From NCBI GenBank assembly GCA_045659745.1, contig JAZRCL010000073.1:732-64731 (forward strand): 64,000 bases of DNA, given 5' to 3'. Shown here one piece after another: positions 38,449 to 47,244 of this stretch. Within the stretch, counting starts at the first letter, position 1. Each line of letters begins with the position of its first letter. The notes below the pieces were generated by a model. The model saw only the letters and a list, made by a program, of their open reading frames with translations, had not been told where the DNA came from and ran no database searches. The translations under genes were made by a program, and so were the position numbers. This DNA is from Eubacteriales bacterium (GTDB taxonomy: Bacteria > Bacillota > Clostridia > Oscillospirales > CAG-272).

Positions 38449-39044
38449 GATATTCTGACAGATCCAATATGGGCAAAAGATACGCCGTGGCTATTGTAGC
38501 CGTTTTGATATTTGCGATTCTATTTGGTTTTTTAGTTGATTTTGTGATTACAAAAATTGAGTATGCAACATATAAAAAGCCTGAGGAATACGCGGAATTT
38601 GTAGAGAAATATTCCGAAAAATACGACGTCCCCGAGCATATTATCTGGTCAGTAATGAAGGCGGAGAGCGGATTTGACTATACTGCGAAGTCATCTGTGG
38701 GAGCTATCGGACTTATGCAGATGATGCCCGAAACCTTTGAAGACCTTACGGACAATCACCTAAAGGAATATTTTGATTCGGGTATGCTTTTTGACGCGGA
38801 GACCAGCATACGATACGGAACTTATTATCTTTCCTATCTTTACCGCTACTACGGCGATTGGTCAGTTGTGTTTGCTGCGTATAACGCAGGGCTTGGAAAC
38901 GTGAACGAGTGGCTTGAAGATGGTGAATATTCATCCGACGGAAAAACTCTTGACAAAATTCCCTTCAAGGAGACCCGAGGGTACGTATCAAAGGTTGAAA
39001 GATACACAAAAAAATATGACAAGCTTTATGATCAAACGAAATAA
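38445..39044 (+). CDS. Membrane-anchored lytic transglycosylase (SLT domain)
   Basis: GTG start 4 nt after a ggaggtg RBS, overlapping the coaE stop. ES-GFDYTAKSSVGAIGLMQMMPETF and AYNAG motifs. Confidence 0.8.
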   Translation: MRYSDRSNMGKRYAVAIVAVLIFAILFGFLVDFVITKIEYATYKKPEEYAEFVEKYSEKYDVPEHIIWSVMKAESGFDYTAKSSVGAIGLMQMMPETFEDLTDNHLKEYFDSGMLFDAETSIRYGTYYLSYLYRYYGDWSVVFAAYNAGLGNVNEWLEDGEYSSDGKTLDKIPFKETRGYVSKVERYTKKYDKLYDQTK

Positions 39045-39064
39045 ATTTTAAGGAGATATAAAAA

Positions 39065-40435
39065 ATGAGTGAGCTTACTTACACAAAAAAGAATTTTTAC
39101 AAGGACTGCACCGAGGAGCAGGTTAAAGAGGCATATGACTACTGTGTAGGCTATGCAGAATATCTTGACAAGAGCAAGACCGAGCGTGAGGCTGTAAAGT
39201 ACTCTATTCAGCTTGCAGAAAATAACGGATACAAGCCCTATTTCTTTGGTATGGAAATAAAGGCGGGAGACAAGTACTATTACAACAACCGCAACAGAAG
39301 TCTTTTCCTCTTCAGAGTAGGTAGCGAGGATATCAACAACGGTATGAGAATAGTTGCCTCTCACATAGATAGCCCCAGACTTGATTTCAAGCAGATGCCT
39401 ATATACGAGGACGGCGGATTCTGTTTTGCAAAGACACGCTATTACGGCGGTGTCCGCAAGTATCAGTGGGTAGCTCTGCCCTTGGCTCTTCACGGTGTTA
39501 TTATCAAGAAGAGCGGCGAAACTGTTGAGGTCAACATCGGAGACGAGGAGACCGATCCTATCTTCTACATCAACGACCTTCTTCCCCACTTGGCTCAGGA
39601 ACAGAGCAAAAAGCCTCTCTCGTCCGCAATTCCCGCAGAGAGCCTTAACATTCTTCTCGGCTCTCGCCCCGTATCCGACGGCGATGACGGCAAGTCCATC
39701 AAGATGAATGTGCTATCTCTCATAAATGAAAAATACGGCGTTGACGAGGAAGACTTCCTCTCCGCAGATATATTCGTAGTTCCCGCGGGCAAGGCTCGTG
39801 ACGTAGGATTTGACCGTTCGCTTATTAGCGCTTACGGTCACGACGACAAGGTCTGTGCTTATCCTTCCCTGACCGCTCTCTTTGAGTCGGACGACAGTGA
39901 GCATACCGTCATGGTTGTGCTTGCCGACAAGGAGGAGATAGGAAGCGAGGGCAACACGGGTATGAAATCCGAGCTGTTCACTGATATTATGCAGTCCATT
40001 TGCATTGCGCTTGGCGGAAATTACTTCGCTATGAAGGCAAACTCCAAGTGTCTCTCTGCTGACGTGACCGCCTGCTTTGACCCCAACTTCTCCGAGTGCT
40101 ATGATCCCAAGAACGTCACTCGCATTAACTGCGGCGTGGCTATGTCCAAGTACACAGGACACGGCGGTAAATCGGGCACTAACGACGCTCCCGCAGAGTA
40201 CGTTGCGTGGATAAGAAAGATAATGGCTGAAAACAATGTTCTCTGGCAGACGGGCGATATGGGTAGAAACGACCTTGGCGGCGGCGGAACTGTTGCAAAA
40301 TATATCGCTGAGCACAATATCGAGACAGTTGACCTGGGCGTTCCCGTAATCTCTATGCACGCGCCCTACGAGGTAGTGTCCAAGGTGGACGTATATTCCG
40401 CACACAAGGCATTCCTTGCCTTCTGCAAAGCTTGA
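39065..40435 (+). CDS. M18-family aminopeptidase
   Basis: RBS aaggag. ASHIDSPRLDFK, YGHDDKVC, DKEEIGSEG and VISMHAP motifs. Confidence 0.85.
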   Translation: MSELTYTKKNFYKDCTEEQVKEAYDYCVGYAEYLDKSKTEREAVKYSIQLAENNGYKPYFFGMEIKAGDKYYYNNRNRSLFLFRVGSEDINNGMRIVASHIDSPRLDFKQMPIYEDGGFCFAKTRYYGGVRKYQWVALPLALHGVIIKKSGETVEVNIGDEETDPIFYINDLLPHLAQEQSKKPLSSAIPAESLNILLGSRPVSDGDDGKSIKMNVLSLINEKYGVDEEDFLSADIFVVPAGKARDVGFDRSLISAYGHDDKVCAYPSLTALFESDDSEHTVMVVLADKEEIGSEGNTGMKSELFTDIMQSICIALGGNYFAMKANSKCLSADVTACFDPNFSECYDPKNVTRINCGVAMSKYTGHGGKSGTNDAPAEYVAWIRKIMAENNVLWQTGDMGRNDLGGGGTVAKYIAEHNIETVDLGVPVISMHAPYEVVSKVDVYSAHKAFLAFCKA

Positions 40436-40436
40436 T

Positions 40437-41507
40437 ATGTTTGACAAGCTTCGACAGACCGAAGAAAAATACAAGGCGATAGAGTTTGAGTTGTCCAATA
40501 ATAACACACTTATTACGGACGCCAAGCTCTACGCCAAAACAATAAAGGAATACAATTCCTTAACCCCAATAGTTGAAAAATACCGCGAGTATATTTCTTG
40601 TCAGGATTCTATAACCGAGGCGGAGAGCATTCTCTCGGAATCTGATGACGCGGAGATGCGCGAGCTTGCCGCCGAGGAGATAAAGACGGAAAAGCAAAGA
40701 CTTGAAAGTCTAAAGGGCGAGCTTACAGTGTTGCTTATTCCCCGCGACCCCAACGACGAAAAAAATATTATGGTCGAGATACGTGCGGGTGCGGGCGGCG
40801 AGGAGGCGGCGCTTTTTGCGGCGGTGCTTTACCGTATGTACACTATGTACGCCGCAAGCGTTGGCTTTAAGACGTCGGTTATGAGCGCGAATATGACCGA
40901 GCTTGGCGGATACAAGGAGATTGTGTTTAGTGTTGAGGGTGATGGCGCGTATTCCAAATTCAAATTTGAGTCAGGGGTTCACAGAGTTCAGCGAGTTCCC
41001 GAGACTGAGTCTCAGGGACGCATACAGACCTCCACGGCAACCGTTGCGGTGCTTCCCGAGGTCGAGGACGTTGAGATCGAGATAAAGGAATCCGACTTGA
41101 TATACGAGTCCTGTAAATCCAGCGGTGCGGGCGGTCAGCATATAAATAAGACCGAATCCGCCGTAAGACTCACACACAAGCCCACCGGCATAGTTATTGA
41201 ATGTCAGCAGGAGCGCTCGCAGTTCAAAAACAAGGACAAGGCGCTTAAGATGCTCAAGGCAAAGCTTTACGATATAAAGCAGACAGAGCAATCACAAGAG
41301 ATTGCGTCAAACAGAAAAAATCAAGTCGGTACGGGTGATAGAAGTGAAAAAATAAGAACCTACAACTATCCGCAAAGCAGAGTCACGGACCACAGAATTG
41401 GGCTTACGCTCTACTCTCTTGATAGCTTTGTGAATGGAAATATAGGCTCTATGATAGACGCGTTGATATCCGCAGACACTGCGGCAAAAATAAGCGCGCA
41501 GGAATAA
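40437..41507 (+). CDS. prfA: Peptide chain release factor 1
   Basis: ATG at 40437 (MFDKL), one nt after the upstream stop. RIQTSTATV (a PxT-type tripeptide region) and SGAGGQHINKTESAVR (the GGQ motif). Confidence 0.9.
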   Translation: MFDKLRQTEEKYKAIEFELSNNNTLITDAKLYAKTIKEYNSLTPIVEKYREYISCQDSITEAESILSESDDAEMRELAAEEIKTEKQRLESLKGELTVLLIPRDPNDEKNIMVEIRAGAGGEEAALFAAVLYRMYTMYAASVGFKTSVMSANMTELGGYKEIVFSVEGDGAYSKFKFESGVHRVQRVPETESQGRIQTSTATVAVLPEVEDVEIEIKESDLIYESCKSSGAGGQHINKTESAVRLTHKPTGIVIECQQERSQFKNKDKALKMLKAKLYDIKQTEQSQEIASNRKNQVGTGDRSEKIRTYNYPQSRVTDHRIGLTLYSLDSFVNGNIGSMIDALISADTAAKISAQE

Positions 41508-41508
41508 A

Positions 41509-42564
41509 ATGGAGGTGTCTGCTTTGAGGACAGAGCTACTTAAAATAAATAATTTGTCCGAGCAGGCAGATGACATTGCTCGCGCGGCAGATATCATAAA
41601 AAAAGGCGGACTTGTAGTTATTCCCACCGAAACTGTCTACGGACTTGGCGGCGACGGAACAAACAGGGACTCTGCGAGAAAGATATATGAGGCAAAGGGA
41701 CGTCCATCAGACAACCCATTGATAATTCATATATCCTCTCCCGAGCAAGCCGAAAAATTTGCGCATACAAATAAAACTTATTACAAGCTGGCAGAGGCGT
41801 GTATGCCGGGACCTCTTACGGTGGTACTTCCCAAAAAGGACACAGTTCCGAGCGAGGTCACAGGCGGGCTTGATACCGTGGCGATAAGATGTCCGTCTCA
41901 TCCTACAGCGAGAGCTATAATATCCGCCTCGGGAGTCCCGATAGCCGCGCCGTCAGCCAACACGTCGGGAAAGCCCTCGCCTACCCGTGCAGAGCACGTT
42001 GCCGCTGACCTTGACGGCAAGGTAGATATGATAATTGACGGCGGCGAGTGTGAGATAGGGCTTGAATCCACTATAGTTATGGTAAACTCAGACGAGAGCT
42101 TGACTCTTCTCCGTCCGGGCGGGATAACGTATGACGCGCTTTGCTGTGTTTGCGAGACGGTTAACATATCATCCTCTATCGAGGGGGTTTTGTCCGAGAA
42201 CGAGCGACCCTTGTCTCCAGGAATGAAGTACAAGCATTACGCTCCGTCGGCTCCTCTTGTGCTGCTTTGCGGAGACGAGAATAAGGTGCTTGAGTTTTTA
42301 CGTAGTGAGCAGGAAAACAAAAGAAGCGTCGTGCTTTGCTATGACGAGGAGATGCCATATCTGCAGAGCAATATGATTTTGCCCATAGGCAAAAAGCAGG
42401 ATATTGCATCACACGCAAGAAATCTATTCTCTGCTCTGCGTGACACGGATAAGCTTTCCCCCGATATAATATATGCTCATATGCCCGAGAAGGACGGTTT
42501 GGGTATGGCGCTTTATAACAGAATGATACGCGCCGCAGCGCATACTGTAAAAGAGATAAAATAA
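41509..42564 (+). CDS. tsaC: L-threonylcarbamoyladenylate synthase (Sua5/YwlC type, with Sua5 C-terminal domain)
   Basis: VIPTETVYGLGGD, KGRPSDNPLIIHI and SANTSGKPSPT. Confidence 0.9.
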   Translation: MEVSALRTELLKINNLSEQADDIARAADIIKKGGLVVIPTETVYGLGGDGTNRDSARKIYEAKGRPSDNPLIIHISSPEQAEKFAHTNKTYYKLAEACMPGPLTVVLPKKDTVPSEVTGGLDTVAIRCPSHPTARAIISASGVPIAAPSANTSGKPSPTRAEHVAADLDGKVDMIIDGGECEIGLESTIVMVNSDESLTLLRPGGITYDALCCVCETVNISSSIEGVLSENERPLSPGMKYKHYAPSAPLVLLCGDENKVLEFLRSEQENKRSVVLCYDEEMPYLQSNMILPIGKKQDIASHARNLFSALRDTDKLSPDIIYAHMPEKDGLGMALYNRMIRAAAHTVKEIK

Positions 42565-42604
42565 CAGTTTGATAAATAAAGAAAAGGTAAGGTCATACTA
42601 AAAT

Positions 42605-44845
42605 ATGGCGAAGAAAAAGAAGAAAGAAGAAAAAAAGCCGATAGTCTACGCTCCCGTGATATATCAGCCGATAACTGAGACTATTGAGAAAAACTATATG
42701 CCCTATACCATGAGCGTTATAGTTTCGAGAGCTATTCCTGAGATTGACGGCTTTAAGCCTGCTCACCGTAAGCTTCTTTATACTATGTATAAAATGGGCT
42801 TGCTAAGCGGACCAAGAACAAAGAGCGCAAATATCGTCGGTGCGACAATGAAGCTTCACCCTCACGGAGACCAGTCTATTTACGACACGATGGTGAGACT
42901 TACAAAGTCAAATGAGACTCTGCTTCACCCGTTCGTTGACTCCAAGGGTAATTTCGGTAAGCAGTACTCGTCCAATATGGCGTGTGCGGCTCCCCGTTAT
43001 ACCGAGGCAAAGCTTGACACGTTCTGCAACGAGATATTCAGCGGCATAGATAAAAACGCCGTGGATATGATGGATAACTACGACGGCACTATGAAGGAGC
43101 CCGTGCTGCTCCCGACTACGTTCCCGAATATTCTCGTCAACCCCAACAGCGGTATTGCGGTAGGTATGGCGTCGGATATATGCTCGTTTAACCTGGCGGA
43201 GATATGTGACGGTACGATAGCTATTCTCAAAAAGCCCAATATCTCCACCGAAAAGCTTATGGAGATAATCAAGGCTCCCGACTTCCCCGGAGGCGGACAG
43301 ATAATTTACGATGCTGAGCAGATGAAGAGCATATACGAGACGGGTGACGGCTCGTTCAAGCTCAGAGCAAGATATACGTACGATGAGAGCGAGAACTGCA
43401 TAGACATTATACAGATTCCCTACTCCACAACTGTTGAGCAGATACAGAACAAGATAACCGCGCTTATCAAGGAAGGTAGACTTAAAGAGGTCGTTGATTT
43501 CAGGGATGAAATAGACAAGGACGGCTTTAAGCTTACCATTGACCTGCGTAAAGGCACGGATCCCGATAAGCTTATGAAAAAGCTCTTCAAGCTCACTCCT
43601 CTTGAGAGTAGCTTTAAGTGTAATTTCAATATTATTATCGACGCAGAGCCCCGACAGATGGGCGTTGCCGAGATACTGTCCGAGTGGATAATGTTCAGAA
43701 TGGCGTGTGTTCGCCGAGAGCTTAACTTTGATCTCCAGAAGAAGAGAGACAAGCATCACTTGCTTATGGCGCTTGCAAAGATTCTTCTTGATATAGATCT
43801 TGCGATAAAGATAATCCGTAAGACCGAGAAGGAGGAGGACGTTGTTCCCAACCTCGAAAAGGCCTTCAAGATCGACGAGATACAAGCTAACTTTATCGCA
43901 GACATAAAGCTCCGTAATCTTAACCGCGAGTATATTCTCAACAGAATATCCGAGGTCAAGGACTTGGAGCAGCAGATGGCTGACATTGAGGCGATACTTG
44001 CCGATGAGCTCAAGCTCAAGGCAGTCATCGGCGCTCAGCTTACAAATATAAAGAAAAAGTACGGTCAGCCCAGAAAGACACAAATAATCTACTCCGATCA
44101 GATAGACACCTACGTTGAGGAGGAGCAGATAGAAAACTATCCCTGCCGTCTTGTTCTCTCACGCGAGGGCTATTTCAAGAAGATAACCTTTAAGTCTCTC
44201 CAAGGAAATGATGAGCAGAGATTTAAGGATGGAGATAGCCTGAGGCAGATATTCGACGCGGAAAACAAGGACGAGGTCATATTTATTACCGACCGCTGTC
44301 AGATGTACCGCGCGCGCGTTTGCGATTTTGAAAACACAAAGGCGTCGGCAATGGGTGAGTTCGTTGCGGCGAAGCTCAATATGGAGCCGGGCGAGCGTCC
44401 TGTGTTTATGAATATTCAGAATCAGTTTAACGAGGGCGAGAATTTCGTTTATATATTTGAAAACGGCAAGGGTGTCAGAGTTCCCCAAAAGGCTTACGAA
44501 ACAACGGCAACGAGAAGAAAGCTCAAGAGTGTATGCTCAAATGCTTCCCCGCTTGTTGAGGTGTTCGCGGAGGTAGAGAAAAAGCCGTTTGAGATAATGC
44601 TCATTTCTTCAAACGACAGAGCGATAATTATCAAGACTTCTCTCATTCCCCTGAAGGCTACAAAGACCTCGGGCGGAGTTCAGCTTATGTCCTTTAAGTC
44701 TGGTGTGACGGTAAAGCGCGCTCTGGCTGATTTTGAGACTGTGTTTGAAAACACAAAGGGATACAGAAAGCTCAAGCTTCCCGCAACGGGAGTTCTGCTT
44801 TCCGAAAAAGATATATTAAAGCAACAGTTAAGTATAGACGTTTAA
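42605..44845 (+). CDS. Divergent type IIA topoisomerase subunit A (ParC/GyrA-like)
   Basis: KLHPHGDQSIYDTMVRL, AAPRYTEAKL (the catalytic Tyr context) and GIAVGMAS. Several canonical blocks are altered. No B-subunit gene lies in the window. Confidence 0.8.
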   Translation: MAKKKKKEEKKPIVYAPVIYQPITETIEKNYMPYTMSVIVSRAIPEIDGFKPAHRKLLYTMYKMGLLSGPRTKSANIVGATMKLHPHGDQSIYDTMVRLTKSNETLLHPFVDSKGNFGKQYSSNMACAAPRYTEAKLDTFCNEIFSGIDKNAVDMMDNYDGTMKEPVLLPTTFPNILVNPNSGIAVGMASDICSFNLAEICDGTIAILKKPNISTEKLMEIIKAPDFPGGGQIIYDAEQMKSIYETGDGSFKLRARYTYDESENCIDIIQIPYSTTVEQIQNKITALIKEGRLKEVVDFRDEIDKDGFKLTIDLRKGTDPDKLMKKLFKLTPLESSFKCNFNIIIDAEPRQMGVAEILSEWIMFRMACVRRELNFDLQKKRDKHHLLMALAKILLDIDLAIKIIRKTEKEEDVVPNLEKAFKIDEIQANFIADIKLRNLNREYILNRISEVKDLEQQMADIEAILADELKLKAVIGAQLTNIKKKYGQPRKTQIIYSDQIDTYVEEEQIENYPCRLVLSREGYFKKITFKSLQGNDEQRFKDGDSLRQIFDAENKDEVIFITDRCQMYRARVCDFENTKASAMGEFVAAKLNMEPGERPVFMNIQNQFNEGENFVYIFENGKGVRVPQKAYETTATRRKLKSVCSNASPLVEVFAEVEKKPFEIMLISSNDRAIIIKTSLIPLKATKTSGGVQLMSFKSGVTVKRALADFETVFENTKGYRKLKLPATGVLLSEKDILKQQLSIDV

Positions 44846-44866
44846 TTTTATCAGGAGGTAAAGATT

Positions 44867-44971
44867 ATGAATAACAAAAGAAAGCTTTGGATTCGCGTAG
44901 CTGCGATTGCGCTTACGGCATTTATGCTTTTCGGTTCCGTTGCAACAATACTTACATTTCTGCTTCATTGA
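44867..44971 (+). CDS. Small hydrophobic protein (34 aa), absent from the ORF track
   Basis: ATG 7 nt after an aggaggt RBS. MNNKRKLWIRVAAIALTAFMLFGSVATILTFLLH has a basic N-terminus and one TM helix. It starts 22 nt after the topoisomerase stop. Confidence 0.5.
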   Translation: MNNKRKLWIRVAAIALTAFMLFGSVATILTFLLH

Positions 44972-45023
44972 TGGCAGATATTTACATTATTTACATAGTA
45001 TTAACAAAGTTATTGCTTGTCAA

Positions 45024-45032
45024 TGCTATAAT
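45024..45032 (+). promoter_or_regulatory. Extended -10 element (TGCTATAAT)
   Basis: TGnTATAAT about 38 nt upstream of the 45070 start. I see no good -35. Confidence 0.4.
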
Positions 45033-45069
45033 TAATATGTAGTACTAAATTGATTCAAGGAGGTATTTT

Positions 45070-45321
45070 ATGAAAAAACATGACGTTCTCGTAGTTGAGG
45101 AAAATAAGAACAATACTGCGGTAAAGGTAGTTGTAATAATCATAGCTATTCTTTGCGCTGTGGCTGCGATTTGGGTTGCGGTCAAGTATATCCAGAAGCG
45201 TAGAGCCAAGAAAATTCTTGCCGAGGTTGACCTTGATGGCGACGGAGAGGCAGAAGCGACAATGATAGATACCGACGGAGACGGCGAGGTTGACACCATA
45301 GTTTTCCACGAGGGTGAATAA
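45070..45321 (+). CDS. Small single-pass membrane protein with two DxDGDGExD calcium-binding-like motifs (83 aa)
   Basis: RBS aaggagg. TM helix VKVVVIIIAILCAVAAIWVAV, a KRRAKK anchor, then DLDGDGEAE and DTDGDGEVD. Confidence 0.65.
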   Translation: MKKHDVLVVEENKNNTAVKVVVIIIAILCAVAAIWVAVKYIQKRRAKKILAEVDLDGDGEAEATMIDTDGDGEVDTIVFHEGE

Positions 45322-45322
45322 T

Positions 45323-45357
45323 AAAAAAGTTGCAACCGCATGGTTGCAACTTTTTTT
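45323..45357. terminator. Bidirectional rho-independent terminator
   Basis: gttgcaacc / ggttgcaac stem flanked by A6 and T7. Confidence 0.85.
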
Positions 45358-45361
45358 ATGC

Positions 45362-45946
45362 TTATTTATAGCAAGCTCTCTCGCCGCCGATAAACTTCGG
45401 GCGCGTGCGGGCGCATACTATATTTGCCTGACCAATTTTTGATACCGAAACTCTTACGGGTACTGCGACGGACTTGAGGTGCATACCTATCAGCGTTCCG
45501 CCGATATCTATTCCTGCGTGAGCCTTTATCTGCTCCACGACAACGGGAGCTTTAAGATTTTTATAAGTGACGGTTGCAAACGAGCCGCCTGCCTTTGGCT
45601 GAGGAATGACACTCACTGGCTCGTAGCTATACTTCTCTGCCGCTTCGTTCTCAATTACTATTGCTCTGTTCAAATGCTCGCAGCATTGAGCGGCAAGATA
45701 AATTCCATTTTGATTCAGTATCGGATAAAGCACATCAAAGACAGCCTTAGCGGCGTCGTAGCTTGAGCCCTTACCTATGGTTGAGCCGAGTATTTCGGAG
45801 GATGAGCAACCAACCACGAATATATCTCCCGCCTTAAGGCAAGCCGTGTCAAGAAGCTCAGACACAGCAATCTTGGCCTCCTCAGATATAGATTGATAAA
45901 GCTGCTCACTGACGGTGGCATCTGCGTTCAAATAAATTTCTGTCAT
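45362..45946 (-). CDS. TIGR01440 / UPF0340 (YwlG-like) family protein
   Basis: GDIFVVGCSSSEILG and AAQCCEHLNRA motifs. The start is ambiguous: ATG at 45946 or at 45967, the latter overlapping the upstream gene. Confidence 0.75.
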   Translation of the reverse strand: MTEIYLNADATVSEQLYQSISEEAKIAVSELLDTACLKAGDIFVVGCSSSEILGSTIGKGSSYDAAKAVFDVLYPILNQNGIYLAAQCCEHLNRAIVIENEAAEKYSYEPVSVIPQPKAGGSFATVTYKNLKAPVVVEQIKAHAGIDIGGTLIGMHLKSVAVPVRVSVSKIGQANIVCARTRPKFIGGERACYK

Positions 45947-45950
45947 AATA

Positions 45951-47120
45951 TCACCAATTATCGTCATTGCTGTTCTCGGGGATAACTTCCTTCATAGCGG
46001 CGATAGCACATTCTATCATATCGTCTGTGGGCTCGTAGACCGTTATGCGCTGGAGCCACATGCCTGGAGCGGAGATTATTCTCGTTAAGATGTTGTCGTG
46101 TCTGCCCGCAATCTTGAGAAGCTCGTATCCAATGCCCACTATAAGCGGAATGAGAAGGAGCTTAAGTCCTACTCGCATGATCGTAGGCATTTCGGCAGAG
46201 TGTGTTATAAGAGCGTATACGGGGTCTATAAAGAATGAAACGAATATGCTTACAAGCACCATAAGAATGAGAAAGCTGGTTCCACATCTGGGATGATGCT
46301 TTTTCTGCTTTCTTACATTTTCAACCGTAAGCTCAAGTCCTGCCTCATAACAGAATATTGTCTTATGCTCTGCGCCGTGGTACATAAACGTGCGGCGGAT
46401 ATCCTTCATAAGCGCGATAGCCGCCATATAACCTACAAGAAGTATTATTCTTATAATTCCTTCAAACAGAGATTTGTAGAAAGATGCAAGGTATATGTTA
46501 TCCTCATTTCCTATTGCAGGAATAAGCTTTATAAGGTCGTATATATACGCGGGGAGCGCGATAAAGAGACCTATCGCAAGTACAACACCCAAAACAACTC
46601 CGACTATCATAACAAGATTTGTCATGGCCTTTGAACTTGACTTTTCTTTTTTAGGCTGATTTGCCTCGTCTGTAGAGGTTTTTGCATCTTCCGTGGCAGG
46701 GGCTTCAACACTTTCCTCCGCCGAATTTGTAGGCTCGGACACAACGGGCTCAGCGCCCTCGGTGGATTCGCTGTGTTTAGCCTCTTTTGCTGCCTTCTTT
46801 GCCGCTTTTTTGGCTGCCTTTTCTCTTTCCATCTCCTCCTCAAGCTCCTCAAGTCCCGAAAGCTCCGCCGAGCGCATAAGGTACTTTGAGCCCGTTTTCA
46901 TAGAGTAAATGTAATTATACAGTCCTCTGAAAATGGGAAGCTTGAACATTTTCGGCGCGTCTGCGCTTGTGGTGGGTTCTTTCTCAACAATTATTTCTCC
47001 GTCGGTGTTTCTGACTGCCATAGCCGTCACCTTGGGGCCGCGCATCATAATTCCCTCCATCAGCGCCTGACCGCCGATAGAAGTCTTTTTTGCCGCGCAG
47101 ATTTTTTCCTGTCTGCTCAT
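45951..47120 (-). CDS. DUF1385-domain membrane protein with an inserted low-complexity Lys/Ala/Glu segment
   Basis: GGQALMEGIMMRGP and HGAEHK motifs of DUF1385. About 75 aa of KAAKKAAKKAAKEAK...STEGAEP lie between the N-domain and the TM region. Confidence 0.75.
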   Translation of the reverse strand: MSRQEKICAAKKTSIGGQALMEGIMMRGPKVTAMAVRNTDGEIIVEKEPTTSADAPKMFKLPIFRGLYNYIYSMKTGSKYLMRSAELSGLEELEEEMEREKAAKKAAKKAAKEAKHSESTEGAEPVVSEPTNSAEESVEAPATEDAKTSTDEANQPKKEKSSSKAMTNLVMIVGVVLGVVLAIGLFIALPAYIYDLIKLIPAIGNEDNIYLASFYKSLFEGIIRIILLVGYMAAIALMKDIRRTFMYHGAEHKTIFCYEAGLELTVENVRKQKKHHPRCGTSFLILMVLVSIFVSFFIDPVYALITHSAEMPTIMRVGLKLLLIPLIVGIGYELLKIAGRHDNILTRIISAPGMWLQRITVYEPTDDMIECAIAAMKEVIPENSNDDNW

Positions 47121-47196
47121 TTTTATTATCCTTTTTTGAATTTACATATATTTTAACACTTTATACTATCACATATTTATTAACTGCATATGAATG

Positions 47197-47234
47197 TAAA
47201 AAATATAACCGCCAACTTGGCGGTTATATTTTTA
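47197..47234. terminator. Bidirectional-looking rho-independent terminator after prs
   Basis: atataaccgcc / ggcggttatat stem with flanking A and T runs. Confidence 0.8.
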
Positions 47235-47244
47235 TAAATATCAG

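Noticed and set aside
42908-44083. A 391-aa antisense ORF inside the topoisomerase gene. Similar long antisense ORFs occur at 17259-18200, 39713-40525, 56195-57052, 60710-61375, 63207-63965, 29399-30091, 48202-48915, 49207-49914, 1844-2494, 10347-10871 and 11954-12589.
   Set aside because: Each lies fully opposite a gene with clear family motifs. They are Leu/Val/Arg-rich, as expected for the reverse frame of codon-biased genes. None has a convincing RBS.
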